Assembly: GCA_902766695.1 (NCBI GenBank)
Contig: CACXEY010000254.1
Span: forward strand, 1 to 62,606
Length of the DNA stretch: 62,606 nucleotides
Direction of reading: 5' to 3'
Origin: an uncultured bacterium
GTDB lineage: Bacteria; Verrucomicrobiota; Kiritimatiellia; CAIQIC01; Lenti-01
Numbering within the stretch: the stretch's first letter is position 1; each line of letters opens with the position of its first letter. The position numbers and the translations under genes are program-made. The notes under the pieces are model-generated. The model was not told where the DNA came from. It saw only the letters and a program-made list of their open reading frames with translations, and searched no databases. This document shows positions 37,701 to 41,253 of this stretch, one piece after another.

Positions 37701-40027
37701 CTGGTCACCTCGCCGCTGCTCGACCCTACCCCGGCCACCGCAGTCTTCCCGCTCGTGTACGTGATGGTCGGGCTTCCATGCCCTGCCGTCGCCGTCACCG
37801 TCACGCTGGAGTGGTCACCGTCCAGCGTCACCGACGAAGGCGAAAAGCTCAGCGTCTGCGCCGCCTTGTTCACCGTCAGCGTCGCCGTCACGTTGTCCGC
37901 CGCGTTCCACAGGCCGTTCCCCGCCTGGCTCGCCGTGATGGTCGCCGACCCCGCCCCGGCAATCGTCACCGTGCTTCCGCTCACCGTCGCCACGCTCGAA
38001 GGGCTGATGCTGTACGTCACCGTCCCCCCCTGCGCCGTCGCGCTCAGCGTGAACGTCGCGTCCCCGTACGTCTTCTCGACGTTACTCAGCCCCGTGATGG
38101 ACTGATTCCCCTTGTTCACCGTGATCGTCACCTCGTCCGTCCGCGCGGTGTAGCCCGTGCTCGCCGCCCGGGTCACGTCGAACACGAACTTCCCGGCCTT
38201 CGTCACCGTCAGCACGCCCGCGCTCGTCAAGGACCCCGTTCCCGTGGTCCCGGTCTTCAGCGTTGTCCCGAACGTGTACACCGCCGTCCCTGTCCCGTTC
38301 CCTCCGGTTCCCACCAGCGTGATCGTGCGCCCCGCGTACGTGTGCGTCAACTCCGTCACCGACACCGCCGTCGACTGCGGCACGTCCGCCGGCCTGTACG
38401 TCACCACGATGGACTTGCCGCTGATGGATTTCGTGAAACAGCTCTCCGACAGCCCCGAAAACGCCGTCGTGTCCAGCTTGACATGCCCCAAATCGGTAGA
38501 ATTGAAGCTCCCCTGCGTCGTCAGAATCGTCCATGTTGCCGTACTCCCCGAGTCGAACGATGACCCCGGCGTCAGCTTCAAATTAAAGTCCGAGCTGATT
38601 GCCCACCCACCGTCATTCATGGTGGTCAGGCTTTCGCTCACGTTCTGCCCCGTCGTTCCGACATCCACCTTGATGGTCGTCGACGCCTTGATGTTCATCA
38701 CCCCGACTTTGACCGCCCCATTCAAATCGATGTACGTCCCTGCCGTCGCGTTTGTAATGGCCAAGTTCGTCACAACCCCTGCCGACGTCAGCGCCAGCTT
38801 ACCGCCATTCAGGACCAGCCCCTGCCTGTCCGCCTTCTTCGTTAGGCTCGTCAGCGTCAACGTCCCCGCCCCTGTCTTGTACATTTCAGGTGCATCTACC
38901 TTGGGCTTCCAATTTGCAATCGTGATGTTCCCCGCCCCGCCGACCGTCGTCGACACCGTGTTCGAAAATGTCCCCGAAAGGTTCAGCGAGGATCCCGATG
39001 ACACCAGCAACGACCCTGCCGTGCTTTGGTTGTAAATGAGTCCACTCAAAGTGTTGTTCCCCGACGAACTCAAAATCGCACCCTTGCTGCTGGGCCCCAC
39101 ACCTTTGTACAGGATTTTCTCCGCCACGGTGATCCCCCCCGTCAGCTCCAGCTCGCCGCCCGATTGGATGGTCGTCATGCCCGCCCCGCTTCCCAGCGCG
39201 CTGTTGTTCGAAACCCGCAGGACGCCCCCTGTGACCGTGACTGCATTCGTGAACGTGTTCGCCCCGCTCAAAACGACCGTACCAGTTCTGGAACTCTTCG
39301 AAAGCTTCCCGACGTTGTTGGCGATCACACCGCTGATGGTAATCGTCTTTCCAGAGGCCGCATCCAAGGTCACATCTGCATTCAAATAGCAAGTATCGCT
39401 GAACGTCAAATTCCCGTTGTCTGCCCAAACATACTGGGAATTGTCGAATGAAACGGGTGCGGCGAACTCGTGTTTGACCGTCGCAAGGTTCTTTATGCCG
39501 TATTTGATGTTGATACCGCCATCGCTGCCCTTGTTGATGGTTCTGGCCGTCGATGCCCCTGATTCGAATTCAAGGTAATTAACTTTATACCATGCATCAA
39601 GCCACATGGTGGTCTGGGCATTGTTGTTGAAGTGGATGTCTCGGTAAGTGCTGCTGGCATCTTGATTGGCGGTAGTAGCATCAGGCCGCTTGTAATAAGT
39701 GCCGCCACCACCAGATCCAGTGCACCACGGATACGGATCCCAGTACCAATTCCCGGCACTCGGATCTGGCCTCCAATAAATTGTCTCTGCCTCTGCCTCC
39801 CTCGCGCCCCCCACCCACGCCCCGGCCACGACCGCCGCGACGGCGGCCCACCGCGCCACAAGTCCCATGCGTTCCCCGGGGGCTCTGCGTGTTTTCATTC
39901 CGTCCATTGTGCATTGTGCATTGTGCATTGTGCATTGCTCTTTGTGCATGTTCATCGTCTTTTCCTCCGTCGTTGCGGTCGTGGTGTGCATGTCGATTCG
40001 GCGAAAAACTTTGAAAAACCGGTTCAT
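16793..40027 (-). CDS. giant secreted multi-domain surface protein 1 (~7,744 aa): PATR beta-helix, Ig-like, many FN3, jelly-roll modules with Asp-boxes, LamG-like and cadherin-like Ca-motif modules, unknown C-terminal domain
   Basis: Uninterrupted minus-strand frame. Domain grammar is present throughout (see findings) and there is a signal peptide. The ATG at 40027 overlaps the DUF1016 stop (ATGA) and follows AGGAGG plus 7 nt. Alternative in-frame starts lie at 39955 (GGAGGAAAAGACG-ATG), 39907 and 39898. The ORF-track extension to 40981 is rejected. Confidence 0.9.
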   Translation of the reverse strand: MNRFFKVFRRIDMHTTTATTEEKTMNMHKEQCTMHNAQCTMDGMKTRRAPGERMGLVARWAAVAAVVAGAWVGGAREAEAETIYWRPDPSAGNWYWDPYPWCTGSGGGGTYYKRPDATTANQDASSTYRDIHFNNNAQTTMWLDAWYKVNYLEFESGASTARTINKGSDGGINIKYGIKNLATVKHEFAAPVSFDNSQYVWADNGNLTFSDTCYLNADVTLDAASGKTITISGVIANNVGKLSKSSRTGTVVLSGANTFTNAVTVTGGVLRVSNNSALGSGAGMTTIQSGGELELTGGITVAEKILYKGVGPSSKGAILSSSGNNTLSGLIYNQSTAGSLLVSSGSSLNLSGTFSNTVSTTVGGAGNITIANWKPKVDAPEMYKTGAGTLTLTSLTKKADRQGLVLNGGKLALTSAGVVTNLAITNATAGTYIDLNGAVKVGVMNIKASTTIKVDVGTTGQNVSESLTTMNDGGWAISSDFNLKLTPGSSFDSGSTATWTILTTQGSFNSTDLGHVKLDTTAFSGLSESCFTKSISGKSIVVTYRPADVPQSTAVSVTELTHTYAGRTITLVGTGGNGTGTAVYTFGTTLKTGTTGTGSLTSAGVLTVTKAGKFVFDVTRAASTGYTARTDEVTITVNKGNQSITGLSNVEKTYGDATFTLSATAQGGTVTYSISPSSVATVSGSTVTIAGAGSATITASQAGNGLWNAADNVTATLTVNKAAQTLSFSPSSVTLDGDHSSVTVTATAGHGSPTITYTSGKTAVAGVGSSSGEVTRGSTGYGNVTITATAAATDNYLGQTATCTVKVMGVRPSTSGSITSVTGVGVNQFTVAYSRGTGATHNVLLAKAGSSPTAPTDGSGPAAQTEASIAWGSAEEYPASSGTKALVHRAIASANIAVSGATPATHYYLALYGRTPNSATSANLKFSSYATTPATSDFWTLATEPSGQASGLTAGTVGSRKASMTWTAGSWAAASGETASLKTLLIVVPSGSSVTAPTDGVAYSAGDAIGAGTVAFAGAGTSAEVTGLTPEQTYTIYAYAYAEGGDGTTANYLATSPASRSITTIASQGPNVWATGVDGTSYLLNWSQLSSDSAGYDVQTGTSSSFSSSTVTETFDSDSVWANESSYPTAARNITSAGHVYTFSNTLGVSSANTCPRNNQSTTYDGEIRFSAVGSCIYTEPIYGEVTSVTTKMRAGGDGNNAKRHLDFSVSYDGGASWTKLDTYEPASQTAFSTFTYSTSSLKGGEQGVRLRWAKPDNNEYLAMLSEISYTYTPGTSGIPGYAKEVTGLTSGSTYYARVRKAPDGDWSDELGVKAGVRPNTVSASAVRNAVTFTWTDVQSGAVGYGVQVTKTAAPSTWADKSAGTAALALGSFGTKDWKYIGTTATTTSSTLSTAPGYASGHIPGVAGNGLESKSFPIAGMTGIRVSFTVASFNLGIGDGQLSDGTVEVYYQIDDGPWCYLGAAAPESTDVPTTAQFDVPAGAWGEGDRVAFKLVAPNAHAYGTAYFISPRLTNVKVSRLSKGSGDYSGTGTSESWTSYKTVEGTTSGTSYTVTGLTAGETVYFRVQALQGSAANPTAKSVWVEATGTATAYTAPGTPAASGILRNAMTLTWTAGDTTDLDHYVLQWSTSSTFASGVSSANVAAGTLTKSLTGLTASTKYYFRVKAVGTDSQESAWSSTGNATTAAYTAPSAITFSSVTRNSMTVSWTAGNTTDLGKYVLQRSTASDFSSGVTSYDVTGGTSQAITGLAASTKYYYRVKAVGTDGQESAWSPTANQTTSGFPGPATVAASGETRNGMTLAWDAVSGAASYNVEWTTCGLDSDTPVQEGDTCPSSTRAYDTHSATDWTYRKGYSSSAGYAAGAYPYWHSTFGHWLAGQYVNTTYKPGVETPALDLSDAASGYIEFAHRKANDGTNTLAKFSPVTLYYSLDGGAGWTNVSSCSEGTGSWVTKTIALPAVVLGRKNVRLQLRADKAAAYYDTSVSAYKPAGAGIKDIKVYKYRTGGDYECAATQSRNVPGTTTVLTGLAPETLYYFRVQAVGSGDGAGSTWTAGSSSTTPFNGPTGLAITEAGRYTLTAGWDAYAESGYTTQYEVQLTPCAKAGAEAATAGECPAQNLAFGTSATDWTYQREYSGSTASSYPKYENGVHKLWGQYSSTSIEPGILSPELDLAGYVSANVEFSHMYVNRSTMSEVALYYSLDEGANWTLVQETGTAAGATAATASSRSIPLPAEALAGGVKLLLRTKHATNYDLNPPNEDWRAQGASIANLKVTARGVGGGDYECGTATAIQGPQSSTSKIFSGLSAGGEYYIRVRTVLTPVGGGAAERSAWTEIPASTAVPQPPPEEIWGESIRQNHMTVAWSEAPGASAGTLYKYEVTKCGGATSTEVAAQETRTDGDLEEGVDDWTYTGGGTAPEATQQSTYGFLRETYPAWARLSENSIVLAGAGSPGIESAEFSTVGASAGTVTFLHGRWYNDGYLATAAVTLSYSIDGGDSWTDGPVQSATDISTAYATYSRSLALPSGALGHAHVKVRLEARAAADSVGTVTKPVGAALKKAKVTLTKQGGDYSGSGCVISSGTGLTADKLSAELEELEAGHAYYFHVAASDGVLVGGAPQYGAWTESMATTKSAPAAPASAWVVPESIGRHAMTVQWDAVADAETYVVKVYQGSSASGTLKQTIETASTSLTVTGLDAQRQYYYTIQSKADGESSSGTANCTGTTSASLAVTGFCVTNILDTSLSVKWDNVADTAYTLEVGPMTTDGATGALYETIECPATTLARSDKGNGWFYLGGNANYPKYYVKSSGTAAQKAEDQGHVLSYSSAGAPGIQSRWFSTFGAKSATIEFLHGRWFNDGKNSALQVFYSIDGGTTWTLAGDIASTANAVPGSAASGGEKTVTRFALPERALGQRTVAIRVQAPDAAAGGSYGYGAEIKDLRIKLEAYPQSASTFSGTVSGGIQNLSGLAIGRRYWFRLTATETYNSQTFTAEAVQTAATRQKTAGVVQSQGFEGAGENGALDTTAWGYDIKYNVVGTTTWRTESQRLSTDPEVKVVDGENPMYGDRALRMSGSAAAGTYGVVEFANKDFGAGHSENVVVTIPFAACDLAEGENLWVSYSTDGGTAWVAPEGLATLTKGGWTMGKIGRGGGDVMNQNWPYNRGTNSTTRPAGDAYSFELHGIRQLAVRVAFCGNSGGAKHYFYIDEVKLERLATPPTDVTASANTHGTVDLGWTPAGGQSVVVIRGQDMRNPPASLDLNSLPHGYEVVTNDTGGNYWVNTADPGVHATATDPGVTGGWKYFYYFYGALDNGDGTYTLSKECVQREVIVRGMVEAIASQGWDGWDVHPWGYKKGRTTNPGRAGDCGYWAYNQSGDTLPYEWAHFVEGSWEYDGQTGRNTSKGVVPSGVKDYAYYYGAGKTYGPAGRTDPDCTNQLGVSSYTNYFGTNCFRLSGGSGWTWYGPHTWTNNEGQVKTGTDIVINTNNPAIQFDTIDLSGYKNVEFSFHYAQTYSGGGNYMHVAISTNGNGADGTWMSYDNKNDGMWRQRTDTSRDYGLQLQTMTGDFSGGNVDFYDESRAPYGNPFVLQVPDAVTQLTVRLTFFDTTAVDQRKALIFVDEVRLTGEVAIEAPKPYISEIGKNQFMVHWEPVADADTYDVEVTEVCDESKIKLAQAFVVDGCPKDWEASSSGATFTKTASRLYASVSGTAHDHGLNLSGGSGALTSPEVGGTTNLQFYAKAYNASGSAKLIVEAKGDKDTEWEEIGSWTAAQLTGSWKGYTNSLPNRQWTQVRFRREGGSGTSDSIYVDDIEFHGEGVYTVAGVKSFPGVSATNQVVTGLASGKRYLAHVRAVGAPAGVVVRSAWGETADWTAGDFAVAADGFEMTRSTWGNPGSGIAVIAVNDGKAFSDVPAPTGTPAVGSAVGQGVVIARTTSAQSGAGFEHVVPYGSRTDAVDQKYVVYWKHGSYWEGRLETNVVLNTYVCAAADAFAVTNGTSMPATGDQAAFNTGKGWAGPWHVETVPWSGAWAGQETRNDSRPYGLLETNQLWGTGGNMLVLYPTNENKKVEIKRTLATPLSKSSEWWGMFTMKIYYSGPNKWAGIQLLDESGASKVSIGKLWNAKDSSNANEGKVIGFQQGSTTKASNYVLNDGQTCVVVFKWDGSKMWLKTFYRGSDTEPQWARTATFPGFDVSETLSMDDIHAIRLVAENGSGLLYPVWFDEIRIGSSWEELVGKEPVPPFPVATAHAVMDGKEMIRLDWVKPAAGTDTAPDPDVERPAATRVYVLEKNVNSPFTADQLAWKTHGVGESSEIGDAVVTLLYNGSGTELEHVVLPGTSHRYAFISYASGVYAESALEVSTDSNTGGPLTMDKYGETEYVNPFSYTNSFEVSGSGTHTEWRGGNGFTNTAGNTVHFWATGDGQNGTTANAATWTPVKPADAPAKMGTEIPNYKVSAGNVMKVSPSANTSASLGRTLAQDWGGEAGKTFYIAYRMAYTYDGVNKWAGLKLIDNSGSHRGVFVGKPGTSDSSKQNLLSIDPGGGLGIGFGNYSLNAGAGNAYVVVAKVQWTAADKVNVYAMAKYADGETEFPEEEPTTGWNAQWINMTFSGVHMIELLAGGTGSDVTPGDTYFDEIRFGGSWDDLLGPKVPTDVWMAGLSEDVFLGDYVVNNITSKPQGPGQSAKHLLSGAAEPSGAAWAAGVDAAWVRNITTETPPQTEWIATNQFKTTGTLYAYGSATGDGETVYSWQHGDDRYKRNTYTVAALPAPVLHATNDASYRVPLGWDRGSSGGRTFEEVMVVKYSSAYAANTISANNLKPEDGKAYYAGDVIYHSNPENYMTVIYRGTAQYYTNRPCSSHSYYAAYTVNNSYYSPRSAVADATPSNTGGDIDIDGDPTDWVGTPAEPWNSSIFSEGELIWTDKRGEERTDNPERCPSADITEFRVKADSTNVYFLLQLNGGTATMPTNAHVAVGLDTRLSTESTDLNWLADESYTFLGGAYYTNSPAFHYPKIQMAVHWVGGDRNEWQVELYDTDSASWHAPLWWKASSALDGSGNPVASATPCVEWVVPRNELGLDGVTGDAAVTGRFSVATFLNSGSWNNEAVGVVLIASNSCAAVDALAIAPYGSNDKDYALGAWDEGLKNNNVDFWMDARFGATALLSDTAPSTPANPEPANDGTGAGNPVLQWSNSTDAEGFVTGWLLEVADTPNFGGDGGHTENGPVLYRVNIEMTPELAAAIAATPSRKISFKPMTNCKEFWWRVRARDNAGQLSAATVQHYTVTGKQDNDGPVATLKYVGSQVGKFLGDSEYRAEVERNGEAYSILDSEFGGSSAEFGFVIEWYDINGVYATNHMRGWVNDYDGVDDCDIGPSKWPAGKVEGDYTWNILATNGDGTVFGRVSPNWDLMMVNTNRTSANPPSPLNITVHTSGGEKTLTWEHHGGTGEPELLIPDAMGEYQPAQGWVIQWGYDDAFLGVGTESGTTFSGQTLRAYDGGTEISCNGVQYLTNYVSGVFGLPEYDPEVDLYLTLSAEDCCTSDQWGEQPWDPWPPSTERDHQGSYRGLSCNEVNVLTGGWCADGPNPARNVTVNQLIKINVKDNDVVPPIASTERWAATAVDEDGTEFKPSMLVSTNNIAKSSANTTWATITGKLPRREGVQRDTMYQLTDAMMVGGTRPLSFFFNVFDDYIESGTQRGATQTTTPASTGHTLTNSAFVVKTWDPALNEGAGAWVASTENTGNFVADGSYISDMVHDGSGWHEAAGTKGTGPSTVLRWDFATSDINSLFGMTDILSYIGTHSDGVTNVVQLHAWDSDDNRANDQADAEITFGRLLFSDDDATAPEISRSNLLGTGTNMVKFGTLALDTFSKGDAIGSGSNPHYGALQAFEGMTLGTAQVVQDGSVAVKSKAANGTTGSATLYYTATENPGVAYMESGMNGASYLASSKYFEWVLGGTETAYWLADNLTFKSYVTAYGPTRYTLTVQGEVTETVYTPSASQKWTVWQNGAATSAELTATNQVALKGSSSVHTAAVQSVSIPLTSISSGTISYDAGARYNRTDNRTLKLQISLDNGASWTDVTTIKPSESAATGEQKAYVKNFSDIRISGSPLVPRTGQMLVRWYASNNEGVDSGVNGNAGFNLWNPKVTTVKGTAVETELGTVVVDKEENGEGQYFASTNLVSIVFSQSVEATGTQKKTFRLYGWRATGSVAEDEADDTFSGNGNWGINNLELHGILSGPKGQEVTDHDLNQGAWTNTLEVQDGLVTGYDTVRSGLWVASNSADNCHAWVPDFTVYYPAASAKEGAEFWSSNLVELAYAEAELASGGDPQFADDDGSWTLASGAEIVAGTTESRNWLSLPGGDSKAASASQTIVVAAPERGLEGVTVIVQAKVRSVLAAGADGAANGFTLGVDFQTSAGDTLSIGEEETFSATKAWREYTLGPVSVANSSVGKVAVSIAEETTAGTGLEVDSVVISVSAFAPMVNSAPGTGKNGEMVSAQLKVRTQGLSAETLAKGMPLSVKSGSTQPDNQHYKIVSRVYDYDHDRTADARAAAVTNAFWLYDNDEAAPQTGSQFGGPFGVKVNGTLLPTKQRINSGAASVWALSDHSIAEAAGSSANSKLGFALDYYDYSGWRVTDLQFRKLNPATGAEAGTTTVLSGGTVDAAGTLAGGYSRDAGNTGDLGEANVPSATVGWEQAVLDFYTLHAAEFASDAIVTNAVYAGVTDRDNDRAGDTLATGIAHVGNFRVMDQDVSAPHYRNASTSKFKGILVATNVADGATLQDLDSADYGHYALGGSLSAHNGSLDDIATRAFTIYDGELREVSASKQFAVTADLVDPSDRTSGRSNTGVKRGTAATEGASSALASSITLTNTYLAWETAATNGIVVSNALAHYQLPGTGWSSSDGQTKMAASVSFTTWTWDEFTYDDVGNLLPGGQDYRDLWLRIHAYDADADRQEDQKYAQLAGPKITVRDNDTLWPNPPTGLEVNGTPVTTVGEMTRETAPWTNNLGNVNVRFTAATDQDPTGLDTKKSGVVRYHLAGEDATITHTSTNAGKKITTSVDGEKLKANLGAVTMDQGFGKYQLFAVDGDNDRPGDGLASDPVDVPLAYDITKPTKIGYVSGGSPRRLTANPDNTDDPTTQFDLSWPIYGVGPDDPADPNYIETTYKASAYETLSPWYSYKIYFTNYEESAIASDDNPDVEAKSWVYQTFMSDPTAANYYTNWAFVMTNSPVQDPTAPKDTGTGRSTAYDSLGRVAANVGTTNQSVRLYDLDFDNHYIVIIVGVDKAGNEGPAGMWSWATNNTIKFAVTAGVVRTTAAISGMLESADLEDIGMAVPGEGAPSKAAVLHWLAAGQDAKTGEFKHAVNKQYDLIYRDASSFTEKGTEQWNMASTAGNSGTSKTNWNYQADEGLATPGRLRFYRASYTGRWQDTKPGTDEKQIPLASMEVYSMNNVVLSEGFNYVSLQGVPWTNTFRGVFGTDPSMWPAATNGAASDDDVTKVEFYSSGTTTMTNGSYFFAYDKKATEADKKFRWFDDKGADVTDKDLPANFFARPFGILLPKANITTNNGTVETNGWWKDHTELKSQYGRNRTVLAMLWHPIMQVPTNGVPVAATASTSSAKPGARDGTASKQVFQQTVVRGKGVYNLLSLNLPVAVHPSKLMLVEFDKETGEPTSGKMKAGNPWDATTDKLYVVDTETKEPRGDTTMYCDANGTWRYNKNRAEIASTDTPIHPNDMIVLISGKKEEGAGDTWNWTYSPEDFYQPPTRNMGR
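38600..39450 (-). other. autotransporter-associated beta-strand (PATR-type) beta-helix region of giant protein 1 (approximate limits)
   Basis: TGTVVLSGANTFTNAVTVTGGVLRVSNNSALGSGAGMTTIQSGGELELTGG...KTGAGTLTLTS...LVLNGGKLALTS. The phrase VTVTGGVLRVSNNSALGS maps to 39181-39240. Confidence 0.7.
39788..39898 (-). other. predicted Sec signal peptide of giant protein 1
   Basis: MKTRRAPGERMGLVARWAAVAAVVAGAWVGGAREAEA / ETIYW: a basic n-region, an Ala/Val h-region and an AEA cleavage-like site. Confidence 0.7.
39905..39939 (-). repeat. perfect tandem heptamer (plus strand cattgtg x4 plus cattgct; coding strand CAATGCA) inside the 5' leader of giant gene 1
   Basis: Read directly. It encodes QCTMHNAQCTM. 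Each unit carries an ATG, so ATGs occur in all three frames. Confidence 0.9.
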
Positions 40028-41118
40028 GGGCAAACCTCCTGGGCGGGGTTGTTCAGTGTCTGGCACGGATGCTGTGCCTCGAAAATCGCCTTTTGGGCCT
40101 CGATTTCGGCCCGGAGCGCCTCCGCGCTGGGAAGGACCAGCACGTATTTGGAGGCGAAAAGCTGCTCGCTCCCCTTGAGCACCGAATAGCGCGCCACGTC
40201 GGAATCCGTGTCCGCGCACAGGAGGATGCCGAGCGTCGGGTTGTCCCCCTCCCCGCGGCGCTTCTCGTCGAACATCCGCACGTACATGTCCATCTGCCCC
40301 ACGTCCTGGTGCGTGATCTTCGACGTCTTCAAGTCCACCAGCACGAAGCACTTCAGCAGGTAGTTGTAGAACACCAGGTCGATGAAATAGTCTTCCTTCT
40401 CCGTGTGGATCCGGTGCTGGCGCGCCACGAAAGCGTAGCCTTTCCCCATCTCCATCAGGAACTTGCCCAGATTGTCCAGGATGCGCGTCTCCAAATCGCT
40501 TTCCGTGAAGTCCGTCCGCGGCGCCAGCCCCAGGAACTCCGCCACCACCGGGTTCTTCACGAACTCCAGCCGGTCCTGCAACGGCGCCGTCAGCCGCCGC
40601 ATCTCCGCCTTCACCGCCCCCTTCGACTGCGACAGCAGCGTCCGCTCGTAGTACTGCGACGAAATGTTCCGCTGCAGCGTCCTGACGCTCCACGTTTCCG
40701 ACGCGGCCTCGTCCAGATACCACTTCCGCGCCTCGGCGTTCTCCACCTGCAGAAGCTTCAGGTAATGCGACCATCCCAGAAGCCCGCCGGATTTTGGCGA
40801 CAGTGTCTCCAAAATTGGGAAAGTGCGGTAAAACTGCACATATTTGTATAGGCTCCCGAAGTCGAACCCAGCTCCGTATTCTTCGGTCAATTGCGCCGCC
40901 AGCTCCTTGACAGCCTGCCGCCCGTATTCCGCCCTCTCCCCCTTCAACTCCTCTTCGGCGATGCGCTTCCCGAGCAGCCAATTCCGCTGCACCAGCGCCG
41001 CGTTGACGGCCCGGTACGCGCCCGTGCGCGCCGACTCGATGATTTCCCGCGCGTCCGCGAGCAACCCCTTGCCGGCGGCGGCCGCCGCCCGGACATCCTT
41101 CTGGAGCGTCCCGCCCAC
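40024..41118 (-). CDS. DUF1016 / YhcG-like PDDEXK-family nuclease
   Basis: N-terminal YhcG-type region (NAALVQRNWLLGKRI, GWSHYLKLL). PDDEXK core IDLVFYNYLLKCFVLVDLKTSKITHQDVGQMDMYV. GTG start overlapping the upstream TAG (TAGTG); its stop overlaps the next ATG (ATGA). Confidence 0.85.
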   Translation of the reverse strand: MGGTLQKDVRAAAAAGKGLLADAREIIESARTGAYRAVNAALVQRNWLLGKRIAEEELKGERAEYGRQAVKELAAQLTEEYGAGFDFGSLYKYVQFYRTFPILETLSPKSGGLLGWSHYLKLLQVENAEARKWYLDEAASETWSVRTLQRNISSQYYERTLLSQSKGAVKAEMRRLTAPLQDRLEFVKNPVVAEFLGLAPRTDFTESDLETRILDNLGKFLMEMGKGYAFVARQHRIHTEKEDYFIDLVFYNYLLKCFVLVDLKTSKITHQDVGQMDMYVRMFDEKRRGEGDNPTLGILLCADTDSDVARYSVLKGSEQLFASKYVLVLPSAEALRAEIEAQKAIFEAQHPCQTLNNPAQEVCP

Positions 41119-41231
41119 TATGCGACCTCCGCCTCCCTCCGGGCCTCCGCGTCTCCGCGCGGAGCGCTCTCCGCGTCTCTGCCTATCCGCGCCTCCGCGT
41201 GCCCGAAAACCTTCTCAAAGAATGCGTTCAT
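41118..41231 (-). CDS. 37-codon leader ORF (MNAFFEKVFGHAEARIGRDAESAPRGDAEARREAEVA)
   Basis: Not in the ORF track. Its ATG lies 3 nt after the A1 stop, in the same conserved AAGGAGAATGAGAG-ATG context as the giant gene 2 start. Its first residues resemble the giant-gene N-termini (MNRFFKVF, MSAFSNNF). Confidence 0.35.
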   Translation of the reverse strand: MNAFFEKVFGHAEARIGRDAESAPRGDAEARREAEVA

Positions 41232-41253
41232 CTCTCATTCTCCTTCCGCGCCC
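41219..41253 (-). promoter_or_regulatory. conserved 35-nt cassette/leader junction (stop + Shine-Dalgarno + ATG), copy 1
   Basis: agaatgcgttcatctctcattctccttccgcgccc is identical, except for one base, to 58679-58713. Confidence 0.8.

Noticed and set aside
39905-39939. CRISPR array as an explanation for the tandem and palindromic repeats (also 574-601, 6137-6217, 58628-58667, 60272-60526).
   Set aside because: The units are 7-8 nt with no spacers, or are irregularly spaced 25-30-nt palindromes. There is no regular repeat-spacer periodicity and no cas genes.
40061-40075. Sigma-54-like TGGCAC-N5 element.
   Set aside because: It lies on the plus strand inside the minus-strand nuclease coding sequence, and the -12 element (CTGT) is poor. 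It is probably a chance match.
40028-40981. N-terminal 318-codon extension of the 8,062-aa ORF (16793..40981).
   Set aside because: It overlaps the well-supported DUF1016 nuclease gene in another frame, and its translation is Gly/Arg/Ala-rich without features. A strong SD-ATG at 40027 coincides with the nuclease stop.
41118-41231. RGD motif in the leader peptide (SAPRGDAEARR) as an integrin-binding signal.
   Set aside because: It arises from a GC-rich nucleotide repeat that also occurs in non-coding context at 43044-43074. A three-residue motif is not evidence.
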